IMG/VR virus record: IMGVR_UViG_3300047160_018755
Span: 32,001 to 96,000 of that record
Source of the DNA: a virus
DNA length: 64,000 nucleotides
Strand: one strand, 5' to 3'
The position numbers were made by a program, and so were the translations under genes. The first letter of the stretch is position 1. Each line of letters opens with the position of its first letter. The notes under the pieces were generated by a model. The model did not search any database and was not told where the DNA came from. It saw nothing but the letters and a program-made list of their open reading frames with translations. This document shows positions 43,988 to 53,194 of this stretch, piece by piece.

Positions 43988-44265
43988 AAACGCCTGGCCT
44001 GATCGGCTCAGGGTTACTTCAGGGTGGCTTCTACTTTGGCGCCGCCAGCCCACCCCATGCCGGCAGCGCACACGTTCGCCTCGGCCTTATTGGCCTCCGC
44101 GATCATGACGTTGACGTTGGTGTTGGTGAGCATGACTGGAACCCTCAGTAGATTAGGACTCGAAAACCGATCCACTACACTTCTATCGAATCTCGACGGA
44201 GAAAGCAAGCGAATACGTACATCCCCGCATTGCTTTTTCTGGCGTAACCTGTAGGGTGACGCGCC

Positions 44266-44481
44266 ATGGGAACAGAGGGTAGCAAGCGCAGGGCGGATGT
44301 GGTAGTATCGTCGAATGAGCACGGGGTTTGCATCTTCCACCCCACGAACCTGAGAGCACAGACGTGGCTGGCACAGAACGTGTCGGCCGAGTTCCACGAC
44401 AACGGCCACGTACGCTGTGGCCCGTTCAAGGCGGCGCAGCTGGTCTACTGGCTCGCCCTGGAAGGATTCGAGGTCAAATGA
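44266..44481 (+). CDS. Hypothetical protein
   Basis: Start uncertain; ATGA overlap with next. Confidence 0.5.
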   Translation: MGTEGSKRRADVVVSSNEHGVCIFHPTNLRAQTWLAQNVSAEFHDNGHVRCGPFKAAQLVYWLALEGFEVK

Positions 44482-44696
44482 CGAGCCGCATCAGACGCAA
44501 GACGCCGGTCAAGAAGCTCTACCCGTCCCAGGTCAAGGCCGAGTGGAAGAGCCTGGGACGTCGCGCCATACGCTTGTGGAAGCTGTCGGCGGGGCTCGAC
44601 CCCGAAATCGACAAGCTCTTCAAGCGCATGGACGCGTGTGATCGTGCGATGGCTAGGGAAGCTCGACGTCAGAGGCGCGAAGCTTCCGTACGATAG
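44478..44696 (+). CDS. Basic hypothetical protein
   Basis: GAGG SD. Confidence 0.6.
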   Translation: MTSRIRRKTPVKKLYPSQVKAEWKSLGRRAIRLWKLSAGLDPEIDKLFKRMDACDRAMAREARRQRREASVR

Positions 44697-45168
44697 CGTC
44701 CGCCTCGTCCGGAGGCACGCCGTGCTGCTGGAGCAGTCCAGAGAGGCGCTCGAACACGTGGTTGACGCCGAACGTGAAGCTGTCGCTGTTGCGCGACACC
44801 ACCGCACCAGGTGGGCGCCAGCACACGATGCAGCGCTCCGCGGTGACATCCTCGTCCGTGGGGAGGGATTCCTGTGGCGCGGCGCCGCCCGGCACGGTCA
44901 CGTCTTCCTCTGCGTCTACAACAGATACGCTCATTTCGCACTCCTGGGGTTGACCGATCATGTTCGCCGGTATATCACACTGCATCCTGTCAGGGAAGCC
45001 CTTATCGCACAAAAGCGCCACGATCGTGACACCTACAATGGATCTCACAATACGTAGGGCCCCGGATAGCTTTAACCGCTGCATGTGGTAGTTTGAAAAC
45101 CATGGAAGGCACGCAAGACACGGTGTCGAGCGGCCAGCAAAAAGCAGTTGGGGAGAAAGGAAACGACC

Positions 45169-46029
45169 ATGACCACCAGCACGAAGAACGGCAACCAGGG
45201 GCAGAACAACAACACCGAGAAGAAGGGCGGCACGCTCAGCTCAGCTGACGCATTGCAGCTCCTCTTCTCCACGGCAAACGCGCAGGGGTTGGAGCACGAC
45301 CGCGTCAACCCCGCACGGGTAGTGGAGCTGAAGAAGACGCTGGGCCGGTGGAAGAGGCCCAAGATCATCACGACGCCGAAGGGTGTCATCCTGCAAGGTG
45401 CCGACTACGTCGCGGCGCTGGCGGCAGCACCGAACGTCGAGGCCGAAGTGGACATCGACAGAACGGGCACGACCTCAAGGCGGGAGCTAAAGAAACCCGC
45501 AACTCCTGTCGAAGCTCTCACCAAGGCGGGAATCCAGGACGCAGCCTTCAAGCTGGCGGTCTGGCGCGGGCTCAGGGAGGGGGCAACATCCAACCCCGAG
45601 GCGGACACACCGAAGCAGCTGGTCGAGAAGCTCGCAGACCCGGCGTTCCTCAAGCCGTTCGAGGCGCTCAAGGCACCCTACGATGCCGTGTCGTCGCAGG
45701 GCGTGGCCAAAGCAGGGAGGCTGCGGTCCAAGATCGCATTTGCGGCCTTCCACCTGGCATACGCAGCCAACCCCAAGGTGATCGTCCAGCTGTACTCGGA
45801 CTTCATCGCAGGGAAGGCGCCCGCCGGCTCGCCGCTGGAGAAGCTCCTTCACGCAGCGAGGCACGACAACATCAACAGCGGCTCCGGCCGGCGTCCCTTC
45901 ATGCTGAAAGCCAGCATCCTGCTCGCAGCGCAGCTGGCAGGGGAGAAGGTCGAGCGCGCATCCGCAGACCCCGCGAAGGGTGAGAAGGCCGTCCAGATCT
46001 TCCTCTCCCAGACGCAGGGGAATGCCTGA
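45169..46029 (+). CDS. Degenerate ParB-like protein
   Basis: RVNPARV...W..PKIITTPKGVILQGADYVAAL (DGxHR replaced); many A-ending codons. Confidence 0.45.
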   Translation: MTTSTKNGNQGQNNNTEKKGGTLSSADALQLLFSTANAQGLEHDRVNPARVVELKKTLGRWKRPKIITTPKGVILQGADYVAALAAAPNVEAEVDIDRTGTTSRRELKKPATPVEALTKAGIQDAAFKLAVWRGLREGATSNPEADTPKQLVEKLADPAFLKPFEALKAPYDAVSSQGVAKAGRLRSKIAFAAFHLAYAANPKVIVQLYSDFIAGKAPAGSPLEKLLHAARHDNINSGSGRRPFMLKASILLAAQLAGEKVERASADPAKGEKAVQIFLSQTQGNA

Positions 46030-46056
46030 CGTAGCAGGCGGCGGCGTCGAGGATTT

Positions 46057-46090
46057 AGGCCGGTAGGGATCTTCCCTACCGGCCTTTTTC
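46057..46090 (+). terminator. Rho-independent terminator
   Basis: AGGCCGGTAGGGA-TCT-TCCCTACCGGCCT then TTTT. Confidence 0.85.
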
Positions 46091-46156
46091 ATTTCTGCGG
46101 ATTCTCCTTACCTTACCTACACTTCCGAGAAAGGTGCCGGTCCTTACGTTTCACCG

Positions 46157-46185
46157 TTGACAGTAAAAATGGCCCGTGGTAATCT
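46157..46185 (+). promoter_or_regulatory. sigma70-like promoter (leaderless)
   Basis: TTGACA-17nt-TAATCT, ATG 7 nt after. Confidence 0.75.
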
Positions 46186-46192
46186 CTGATCC

Positions 46193-46393
46193 ATGGTGAA
46201 CGCACACAAGATCGAGGTCGTAGTTCCGAGGGATGACGAGAAGCGCTTCTGTGACCTTCTCCATCTGAATGGTTTCGTCACAGAGGTCGAGCGCCCCGAT
46301 GGGCGACCGGTGGTGATTCACGTCTCCATCGCAGCGGAGCAGGTCGAGGGCGCGGATGACACGCAGCCCTACCGCTTCGGGGCGGTGGCCTGA
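46193..46393 (+). CDS. Hypothetical protein
   Basis: Follows promoter. Confidence 0.65.
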   Translation: MVNAHKIEVVVPRDDEKRFCDLLHLNGFVTEVERPDGRPVVIHVSIAAEQVEGADDTQPYRFGAVA

Positions 46394-46626
46394 TGAACGT
46401 CAAGATCAACCGGAAGGACGCGAGCGGCTGGGTCGGCGCCACCGTCAAGGTCCGCAAGCACGAGAACCCCGACTACGTGGGCCAGGAGGGTGTCGTCACG
46501 AACTCCCTGCCGGCGTCCGATGGGAGCGTGTGGTCGCTGCACGTGCGGCTGACCCGGTTCCCGGAGATGAAGAGCCCGCTCATCTTCGCGCCCGACGAGG
46601 TCGAGCGCCAGGGCCTGACGAACTAG
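46393..46626 (+). CDS. Hypothetical protein (SH3-like beta pattern)
   Basis: TGATG overlap. Confidence 0.65.
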   Translation: MNVKINRKDASGWVGATVKVRKHENPDYVGQEGVVTNSLPASDGSVWSLHVRLTRFPEMKSPLIFAPDEVERQGLTN

Positions 46627-46629
46627 CCC

Positions 46630-46743
46630 ATGTGGCGGTTCCTCCTCGGCCTGGCGCTGGGGCTTCTCGTGGGGGCCGGCGTGGTGCCGGTCCGCAAGCA
46701 CCTGCGCGAGATCTTCCACGTCGTGGCCGAGGGCGTTCGATGA
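46630..46743 (+). CDS. Small TM protein (37 aa)
   Basis: MWRFLLGLALGLLVGAGVV. Confidence 0.55.
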   Translation: MWRFLLGLALGLLVGAGVVPVRKHLREIFHVVAEGVR

Positions 46744-46892
46744 AGGCGTACGGCGTGCCTCGCAAGCACGCCCCGGGCAGGAAGATCCGCGGCACCAGCC
46801 GCGACTGCCCATGCTGCGGGTCCATCAAGGGCCACAAGTGTAACCGCAAGAGCCAGCGCAAGCGTGCGCGCAGCCAAGAGACCGAGGAGTGA
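46740..46892 (+). CDS. Small basic protein
   Basis: ATGA overlap; CPCC; K/R-rich. Confidence 0.6.
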   Translation: MKAYGVPRKHAPGRKIRGTSRDCPCCGSIKGHKCNRKSQRKRARSQETEE

Positions 46893-47071
46893 CCGTGGAA
46901 CAAGGCATCCAGATCTACGTCGACGGCCAGTGGCTCTACGTGCCGGCCGTGAACGCCGAGCACGCCGACAACCTCCACCGGCTCAGCAACGAGGTCGTCG
47001 CGCACATGCAGGTTCGTCGCGTCGCGAAAACTGCCGAGGGCCACATCGTCACGATCCACGCTACCGAGTGA
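46889..47071 (+). CDS. Hypothetical protein
   Basis: GAGGAG SD. Confidence 0.6.
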   Translation: MTVEQGIQIYVDGQWLYVPAVNAEHADNLHRLSNEVVAHMQVRRVAKTAEGHIVTIHATE

Positions 47072-47120
47072 TCCCGACAAAGTCCTGGACTTCCAAGTAA
47101 CGATCTGGTAAATTCTAACC

Positions 47121-47417
47121 ATGGACAGAGCAACTGATCTTTGCACTTGCGGCAAGCCTCGCGACGAGCACGGTGATTTCTTCGATCTCACGCAGCACAC
47201 GTTCTTCCCGAACCCGCAGCCGAATGCGGTGCCCAAGAAGAGCATGATCGAGCGCGTGGAGAAGTTCCTCGGCGCGCAGGGCTACGTGATGGCGTCCGCG
47301 GACAACGAGTTCCGCACCAACGATTCTACGTTCCGCGTCCGCGAGGACGACGGAACGATCTGGGAGGTCGCGGTGATTCTCCGGAGGGGTCCAGCAGCAA
47401 GCTCGGAGGGTGTGTAG
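47121..47417 (+). CDS. Hypothetical protein
   Basis: Promoter TGGACT-17-TAAATT at 47086. Confidence 0.65.
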   Translation: MDRATDLCTCGKPRDEHGDFFDLTQHTFFPNPQPNAVPKKSMIERVEKFLGAQGYVMASADNEFRTNDSTFRVREDDGTIWEVAVILRRGPAASSEGV

Positions 47418-47502
47418 CACGCGGTTTTTGGTCGGTTCCCCGCGTGTGAGTGGCCTCATGCAATTCCCCGGTCTGGGTAGTGCCGAGCTATGACGGGGGC
47501 GA

Positions 47503-47540
47503 GCCCCGGCAGCCGAAAGGTTGCCGGGGCTTTCTTCTTT
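47503..47540 (+). terminator. Rho-independent terminator
   Basis: GCCCCGGCAGCC-GAAA-GGTTGCCGGGGC then T-rich tract. Confidence 0.85.
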
Positions 47541-47583
47541 CTGGGGTCTTGACTTTGTCGGGGATCCTGGTATGGTCGAATCC

Positions 47584-48003
47584 ATGAACAATTTCCAGCC
47601 CCGTTCGAGTCTCACCAAGTACGTCGTCGTCTCCGTCACCGGCCTGGTGGTGCTCGTCGCCACGCTGATGCTGGTCATCCCGCCCTACAGCGTTTGGAGT
47701 GCGACCAAGACCGGCCAGGCCGAGCTGGCGCAGGCGACGCTGAACCGGCAGATCAAGGTCCAGGAGGCCGAGTCCCTGAAGGCCGCTGCGGCCTACCAGG
47801 CGGACGCCGAGGTCATCCGAGCCCAGGGCGTCGCCAAGGCCAACAAGATCATCGGCGACAGCCTGAAGGACAACGACGCGTATCTGCGCTACCTCTGGGT
47901 GAACGCCCTGAACGAGAAGCAGGGCGACAAGGAGATCGTCTACGTGCCCACCGAGGCGAACCTCCCCATCTTGGAGGCTGGGCGCAGCACGAAGGGAAAG
48001 TAG
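47584..48003 (+). CDS. Membrane protein with SPFH/band-7-like coiled region
   Basis: TM then AE..RA.GVAKANKIIGDSL...YLRYLWV...IVYVPTEANLPILEA. Confidence 0.65.
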   Translation: MNNFQPRSSLTKYVVVSVTGLVVLVATLMLVIPPYSVWSATKTGQAELAQATLNRQIKVQEAESLKAAAAYQADAEVIRAQGVAKANKIIGDSLKDNDAYLRYLWVNALNEKQGDKEIVYVPTEANLPILEAGRSTKGK

Positions 48004-48004
48004 C

Positions 48005-48289
48005 ATGGCGCACCACAAGCGGGTCGTTTGGGAGTTCAACTGCCCGCGGTGTGGGAGTCACTACTTCGGCACCGTCGCCGGCCCGAACCCCAAAGACTAC
48101 TGGAACGGGGCCGAGGGCCACTGCAACGGCGACGGTGACAACAGCTGCAAGTTCAAGTGGCCGCGCTCGGAGGATTGGCTGTACTTCTCCGAGAACGTGA
48201 CCACCAAGTTCGACTCCAAGGAGGCGTACGACGTGGCGAAGAACCGAGCGGAGGGACCCTACCATGAAACGCCCAAGCGGTACAACTGA
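48005..48289 (+). CDS. Zinc-ribbon protein
   Basis: CPRCGS...HC..C. Confidence 0.65.
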   Translation: MAHHKRVVWEFNCPRCGSHYFGTVAGPNPKDYWNGAEGHCNGDGDNSCKFKWPRSEDWLYFSENVTTKFDSKEAYDVAKNRAEGPYHETPKRYN

Positions 48290-48491
48290 ATACAGCGGAC
48301 GCGACCCCAAGCGCATCCAGCGCATGGCCAGGCAGATTGTCGACCTGTGGGTGTGCTACCCTGACATGAGGCTCGGCCAGCTGCTGTGCAATCTGGATCC
48401 CGAGTTCGGGAAAAACACGTGGAACTTCGAGGACGACAAGCTCGAAGCTTCCCTGAAGAAGGTGCTGGACAACGGCGGCTATTTCAAGTAG
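48264..48491 (+). CDS. Conserved phage protein (RDPKRI type)
   Basis: RDPKRI...W..YPDMRLGQLL...EDD. Confidence 0.7.
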   Translation: MKRPSGTTEYSGRDPKRIQRMARQIVDLWVCYPDMRLGQLLCNLDPEFGKNTWNFEDDKLEASLKKVLDNGGYFK

Positions 48492-48501
48492 GGTGGATCC
48501 C

Positions 48502-48792
48502 ATGGTGACAGAAAAGGACAAAGACCAGCTCCTCTTGGGGCTCCACGGACCCATCTTCCTCCGTCTCGAAGACGGCGAGCGCGTCGGCGTCGACGTCTCC
48601 CAGACCGGCCAGATGAGCCGCTGGGAGCCGGTCCTCGAAGCAGCCAAGGTCCTCGTGAAGGACGGCTTCCTGGAGAAGCCTGTCCACAACGGCACGCCGC
48701 ACATCTTCTACCGGTTCACGGAGAAGGGCAAGAAGGCCCACCGCGACCTGTGGGCGGCTGTCGAAACCTCTCGCGCAAGGCAGGCCCGATGA
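48502..48792 (+). CDS. Hypothetical protein
   Basis: Co-oriented run. Confidence 0.6.
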   Translation: MVTEKDKDQLLLGLHGPIFLRLEDGERVGVDVSQTGQMSRWEPVLEAAKVLVKDGFLEKPVHNGTPHIFYRFTEKGKKAHRDLWAAVETSRARQAR

Positions 48793-49415
48793 GCAAGGTG
48801 ACGAGTCTCGACTCGCTGTACGACGACAAGGAGCGCCCCTACATCCCGCCGCCGCGCGGATGCATGGAATGCTACATCCCGGCCGCGGCCCGGAAAGCCA
48901 CCTGCGCCTGCTGCCCGCCGACGCGCAGCACCTGCATGCACGTCGAGCATTTCAGCTCGATCAAGACGGACTTCGACAAGCGCGGCTTCTTCTACGTCGG
49001 CTGCGGAGGTTCGCGCACGACCTACTCGCGCAAGGGATCGAACTACGTCTACAAGGTCCCCAGCGATCGATACGGCTACCTCGACAACTGGTTCGAGTCC
49101 CTGGTCTGGCAGGAGCGCGCCCACCTTCGCGCCCACAACATCCCCATGGGAGATCGTATCGCCCGCTGCTCGATGCTGCCCAGCGGCGTTCTCGTCATGG
49201 AGAAGATGGAGAACGCGAGGCACTGGGCACACAGCATCGAGATGGCCACTCAGATCGACCCGACCCTCGCCAACGACCCCGCGACAACCGCCTTCTACGA
49301 CATCGACGGTGGCCAGGGCGGCTTCGATCGCAACAAGCACTTCCGCCTGTACGACTACACCCACGGCACCCATCTCGTGGAGGATCCCGCCCTCGCCCAA
49401 ATGATGGCCATCTGA
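48789..49415 (+). CDS. Minimal protein-kinase-like protein
   Basis: VGCGGSRTTY, VYKVP, NWFE, LVMEK, YDIDGGQGG, LYDY. Confidence 0.55.
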   Translation: MSKVTSLDSLYDDKERPYIPPPRGCMECYIPAAARKATCACCPPTRSTCMHVEHFSSIKTDFDKRGFFYVGCGGSRTTYSRKGSNYVYKVPSDRYGYLDNWFESLVWQERAHLRAHNIPMGDRIARCSMLPSGVLVMEKMENARHWAHSIEMATQIDPTLANDPATTAFYDIDGGQGGFDRNKHFRLYDYTHGTHLVEDPALAQMMAI

Positions 49416-49477
49416 GGCTTGACTTCGGGATCGAGTTGTAGTACAGTCTTTTCAATGGCAACCACCCAGGAGAGCAA

Positions 49478-50212
49478 ATGACCGCCACCGTTCGCAGCCT
49501 TCCCCGTCCGGCCACCCGCCCCGACCTCGACACCAGCCAGTACCCGCTGCGCTACGTCGAGTTCTGGCAGATGCGCGGGCAGAAGTACAACCCGCAGAAG
49601 CGCGTCGATCGCGGTCGCAAGCAGCTCAAGGAGCTGAAGGAGAGCGTCGCCCAGTACGGCATCGTCGACGCCCCGGTGCTCACCTCCGACCTGGAGATCG
49701 TGGACGGCCACCGTCGTCGCGCGGTCGGCACGGACCTGGCCCTCGGCGGCTGCATGTGCCGCATCGCCCCCTTCGACTCGAAGGACCCGCGCGCCGATCT
49801 CCTCTACCAGGTGCTCAACACCGCGGAGGTCATGCCCGGCCGCCAGAAGCTGGAGGTGGTCGCCAAGGGCGGCCCCGGCTCGAAGGAGATCGTGGCCACG
49901 TGGGCCCAGATCAAGAAGTCCCTCGGCGACGAGGGGCCCTACATCGAGATGTTCGCCGAGCACGGCTACGTCGGGCAGTTGTGGAAGAACTGCACCCGCG
50001 TCGCGGACCTGCTGTTCAACAACGGCATCCTCAAGGACCGCCCTGCGCGCGAGTCCTTCGTCCACCGCGCCGTCATGAAGTGGCAGTGCACGGGCGAGCA
50101 CCGCCAGGAGGCGTGCAAGATCTACTGCACCAAGATCGGCAAGGGCATCCCGGGCTACAAGGTCCAGTCGCTCTGGAAGGCGATCGAGACCGGCGCCAAC
50201 GTCGAGGTCTGA
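49478..50212 (+). CDS. ParB/Srx N-terminal domain protein
   Basis: LKESVAQYGIVDAPV...IVDGHRR. Confidence 0.75.
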   Translation: MTATVRSLPRPATRPDLDTSQYPLRYVEFWQMRGQKYNPQKRVDRGRKQLKELKESVAQYGIVDAPVLTSDLEIVDGHRRRAVGTDLALGGCMCRIAPFDSKDPRADLLYQVLNTAEVMPGRQKLEVVAKGGPGSKEIVATWAQIKKSLGDEGPYIEMFAEHGYVGQLWKNCTRVADLLFNNGILKDRPARESFVHRAVMKWQCTGEHRQEACKIYCTKIGKGIPGYKVQSLWKAIETGANVEV

Positions 50213-50213
50213 C

Positions 50214-50555
50214 GTGAAGGTCAGGACCCCAGCCGAGCTTCTCACCGAAGCTCGGGCCCTCATCGCGAAGGGCTGGTGCCAGGGTGCGTCCGCTCGGGAC
50301 GTGCACGGGATCCCGGCCGACTTCTGGGGGCAGAAGGCGGTGACGTTCTGCATGTCCGGGGCTCTGTGCCGGATGGAGAACTTCATCTTCGACGCCCACC
50401 GGACCAGCCGCAACATCCTCTACAGCGTGATCGAGGTCAACAACCTCGCCACGTGGAACGACCGCGAGGGCCGCACCCAGGAAGAGGTGCTCGCCGCCTT
50501 CGACAAGGCCATCGCGATCGCGAAGGACCTTGACATCTCCGAACGGATCCGCTAA
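50214..50555 (+). CDS. DUF6197-like phage protein
   Basis: GWCQG...FCMSGAL...WNDREGRTQEEVL. Confidence 0.7.
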   Translation: MKVRTPAELLTEARALIAKGWCQGASARDVHGIPADFWGQKAVTFCMSGALCRMENFIFDAHRTSRNILYSVIEVNNLATWNDREGRTQEEVLAAFDKAIAIAKDLDISERIR

Positions 50556-50565
50556 GGTACACACC

Positions 50566-50895
50566 ATGAACAAGTTCTCGAACGTCAAACGGAAGATCCT
50601 GGGGCTCGTCGAGCGCAGCGTCCAGGAAGGGTTCTACCTCGCCAAGGGCTGCCAGATGCAGTTCGGGTCCGACAACGGGGATGAGACCGGCTTCTGCCTG
50701 GTCGGCCTGATCGCCCACAAGGCGAACAAGACCGGCAAGCCGACCTACTACCTCACCGCGGGTGCCGAGTTCCTCGACATCAGCGTTGGCCAGGCCTGTC
50801 AGCTGGAGGCGGGGTTCGAGGGGTGGACCCACTACAACACCGAGGACGAGTTCTACAAGCTCGGCAACCACATCAGGGAGACGTACGCGTCATGA
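50566..50895 (+). CDS. Paralog family B protein
   Basis: FCLVG...AGFEG...FYKLGNHIR; promoter TTGACA-17-TAAGGT at 50530. Confidence 0.7.
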   Translation: MNKFSNVKRKILGLVERSVQEGFYLAKGCQMQFGSDNGDETGFCLVGLIAHKANKTGKPTYYLTAGAEFLDISVGQACQLEAGFEGWTHYNTEDEFYKLGNHIRETYAS

Positions 50896-51413
50896 AGCTT
50901 CGCGAGTTCAAGAAGATCATCGCCGGCATGCACCCGGCGGCGTTCGCGCCCGCCTTCGAGCGCTGCCACAACGTCTCCGAGGTCCAGGTGGCCATCGAGG
51001 CCTTCGGCCTGGCCCGCGCCGAGCTGAGCAACATCGAGAAGCGCTACCGCGAGCGCGACCTGGAGCAGATGCAGGCCGTCGCCGTCCTGGAGGCTCGGAT
51101 CGACCTGCTCGACCAACAGATCGCTTCCCGGCAGATGGTCCAGGTCCGCGAGGCCGAGGAACCCCGCGAGGAGGTGATCCTGACCAAGGTCCAGCCCCAG
51201 GTGGGCCGCACCTTCGTCGATCGCATCGAGGTCATCAAGGCGGTCCGCGAGGTCAGCGGTATGGGTCTCAAGGACGCCAAGGACCTGGTCGACGAGGTCG
51301 CCGACAAGGGCTTCGAGCGCAAGCTCTTCACGGGCGTGACGTCCAAGGCAGCCGTGGCGGCCCGGGTGCTCGAAGCGGCCGGCGGCGTCGTCGTGCGCAA
51401 GGAGGCGTTCTGA
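50892..51413 (+). CDS. Protein with ribosomal protein bL12 (L7/L12) C-terminal domain
   Basis: RIEVIKAVREVSGMGLKDAKDLVD...LEAAGG. Confidence 0.85.
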   Translation: MKLREFKKIIAGMHPAAFAPAFERCHNVSEVQVAIEAFGLARAELSNIEKRYRERDLEQMQAVAVLEARIDLLDQQIASRQMVQVREAEEPREEVILTKVQPQVGRTFVDRIEVIKAVREVSGMGLKDAKDLVDEVADKGFERKLFTGVTSKAAVAARVLEAAGGVVVRKEAF

Positions 51414-51556
51414 TGCTCACGAAGCTCCTGAACCCCATGGGGATCAGGCTCACGAACGCGAGCGCCGCCTGGATCGTCCTCGGCACCCTTCTTTCACTCG
51501 GTCTGCACGTGGCGTTCTACGGGACGCTGCTCCACTTCGTCATCAAGTTCTGGTAG
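51413..51556 (+). CDS. Small TM protein
   Basis: TGATG overlap, hydrophobic. Confidence 0.6.
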   Translation: MLTKLLNPMGIRLTNASAAWIVLGTLLSLGLHVAFYGTLLHFVIKFW

Positions 51557-51563
51557 GAGGCAC

Positions 51564-51791
51564 ATGTCGTTCGTTCCGAAGATCAAGAAAGCGAAGCGCA
51601 AGGCCATCGCCCGTCGTTCGGGCAAGACGATCGCGTCGGCCATCGACCGTCTCAACGCGAAGCTCACCAAGCCCCACCAGTTCCCGGTCCACGAGAACAA
51701 CCAGCTCCACAAGACCTCAGCGGCGATCGCCGAGGACGCCCGCCGTCAGGAGCGCCTGATGGACCGCAAGCGCTGGAGCCACGCGGGCTGA
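51564..51791 (+). CDS. Basic hypothetical protein
   Basis: AGGAGG SD. Confidence 0.7.
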   Translation: MSFVPKIKKAKRKAIARRSGKTIASAIDRLNAKLTKPHQFPVHENNQLHKTSAAIAEDARRQERLMDRKRWSHAG

Positions 51792-51795
51792 TCGG

Positions 51796-53178
51796 TTAGT
51801 TCGAGATGACGCCGCACATGCTCGTCGTGATCGTCGAGTTGAGCGGCAACGAAGCCGTGGCGATGGCCGTGGCTGCGGCCTGGATGGGCGAGCCGTCACT
51901 CGTCGAGCCGTCCACAGTCACGGGCACCGACGCCGAGTTGTAGAGGAACGTCGTACCCGGGTTGACCTTGATCAGCTTGGCACTGTTGCCGCTACCCGCG
52001 ATGTTGTTCATGAGCATGAACGACCCTTGAGTGGAAAGGGTGAGGCAGTTGCCCGTGTTGTCGTAGAAGCACATCCTGGGTCCGTTCGCGTTCGAACCGC
52101 CGGAACCCATGGTGAAACCAACGGCGCCCTGGAAGAAGAGATTTCCAGACCACGAGAAGGTCATGCCGTTGCCGGTGAGGACGGCTGCGCCGACGAACGC
52201 AGCGGTGCGCATGTCGATGGAGCCGTGGCCGAGGAACTGCACGGAAGCCCAGAACGAGCAGTTCGAGAAGCGCCCGTTGGTGAAGTTCCTGGTCGTCGAG
52301 ATCGAGCAGCGGTCGTAGTTGATGTAGGAGAGCGTGTCGTTCGACACAGTCGAGCCGCCGTTAGCTGAGCGGTCATCGCAGAACAAGATCTGGAATCGCC
52401 CCTGGACGCTTCGCTGCATCTCTCGGGGGGCAGGGAAGCTCTGGGTGTAGATCTTGGGAAGCGACGAGATCGTGTAGGTGTCGCTCGCGGAGAGCGCACT
52501 GATTGCCGGCGTCGTCGCGTTGGTCACAGGATCGCTCATGCGAAGCGTGTTCGATCCGGAGTCCTTCATCGGGTGCCACCACACCTTCGTGCCGTTGGTG
52601 CGCTGGAAGATCACGCCGGCACGGATGAATCCAGACGCCGTCCACGAGCCGCCCGTGATGGAGTTGTCCACCATGTGGTTGTCTCCGGTGTTGGCGTTGC
52701 TCTGAACCTGCCCTGAGTACGAGGCCACGGTGCCAGTGTAGAGCACCGTGGGGGTGCCGATGAGGGAGATGCCGTCCGCGTTTGACGCAGCACCGGGCTG
52801 GAACTGGTACGTCCACACGGGAGAGTCCGTGCTCACGCAGTCCGACAGGAGGTTGATGGTGATCGACGTGCCCGACGGGATCGTCACCCACGCGAGGCGG
52901 TTGGCAATCTCCGTGAGGCTCTTGAGCGGCGCCGAGGCAGTGAGACCGGAGTTGCTGTCGCTTGCGATAGCGTTCTGCGGATCAACGTACCAGGTGGTTT
53001 GGATTCCCGGAGCCGTACCTTCACCGAAGGCAGCCCACCCCGTTGCCTTGTCTGCGATCTTGATGTAGAGCTTCCCCGTCAGAAACGAGTAGCCCATCTG
53101 ACCGATCGGAGCTTGCCAACCAGTGACGGTGGGATCCCCCTGAAGGAGGTATGCGACTGCGGTGTTGTTGTCAGCCAT
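51796..53178 (-). CDS. Putative receptor-binding/tail-spike protein (beta-helix-like), paralog 1
   Basis: WYVDP..ASDSNSGLT..APLKSL; G/S/T/N-rich. Confidence 0.6.
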   Translation of the reverse strand: MADNNTAVAYLLQGDPTVTGWQAPIGQMGYSFLTGKLYIKIADKATGWAAFGEGTAPGIQTTWYVDPQNAIASDSNSGLTASAPLKSLTEIANRLAWVTIPSGTSITINLLSDCVSTDSPVWTYQFQPGAASNADGISLIGTPTVLYTGTVASYSGQVQSNANTGDNHMVDNSITGGSWTASGFIRAGVIFQRTNGTKVWWHPMKDSGSNTLRMSDPVTNATTPAISALSASDTYTISSLPKIYTQSFPAPREMQRSVQGRFQILFCDDRSANGGSTVSNDTLSYINYDRCSISTTRNFTNGRFSNCSFWASVQFLGHGSIDMRTAAFVGAAVLTGNGMTFSWSGNLFFQGAVGFTMGSGGSNANGPRMCFYDNTGNCLTLSTQGSFMLMNNIAGSGNSAKLIKVNPGTTFLYNSASVPVTVDGSTSDGSPIQAAATAIATASLPLNSTITTSMCGVISN

Positions 53179-53194
53179 GGTTTAAAGATTCAGA

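Noticed and set aside
44653-45084. Competing ORFs on both strands
   Set aside because: Neither frame has a recognisable motif or clear start; left uncalled
47418-47500. Possible small RNA before the terminator
   Set aside because: Only one modest hairpin (CACGCGG/CCGCGTG); insufficient evidence
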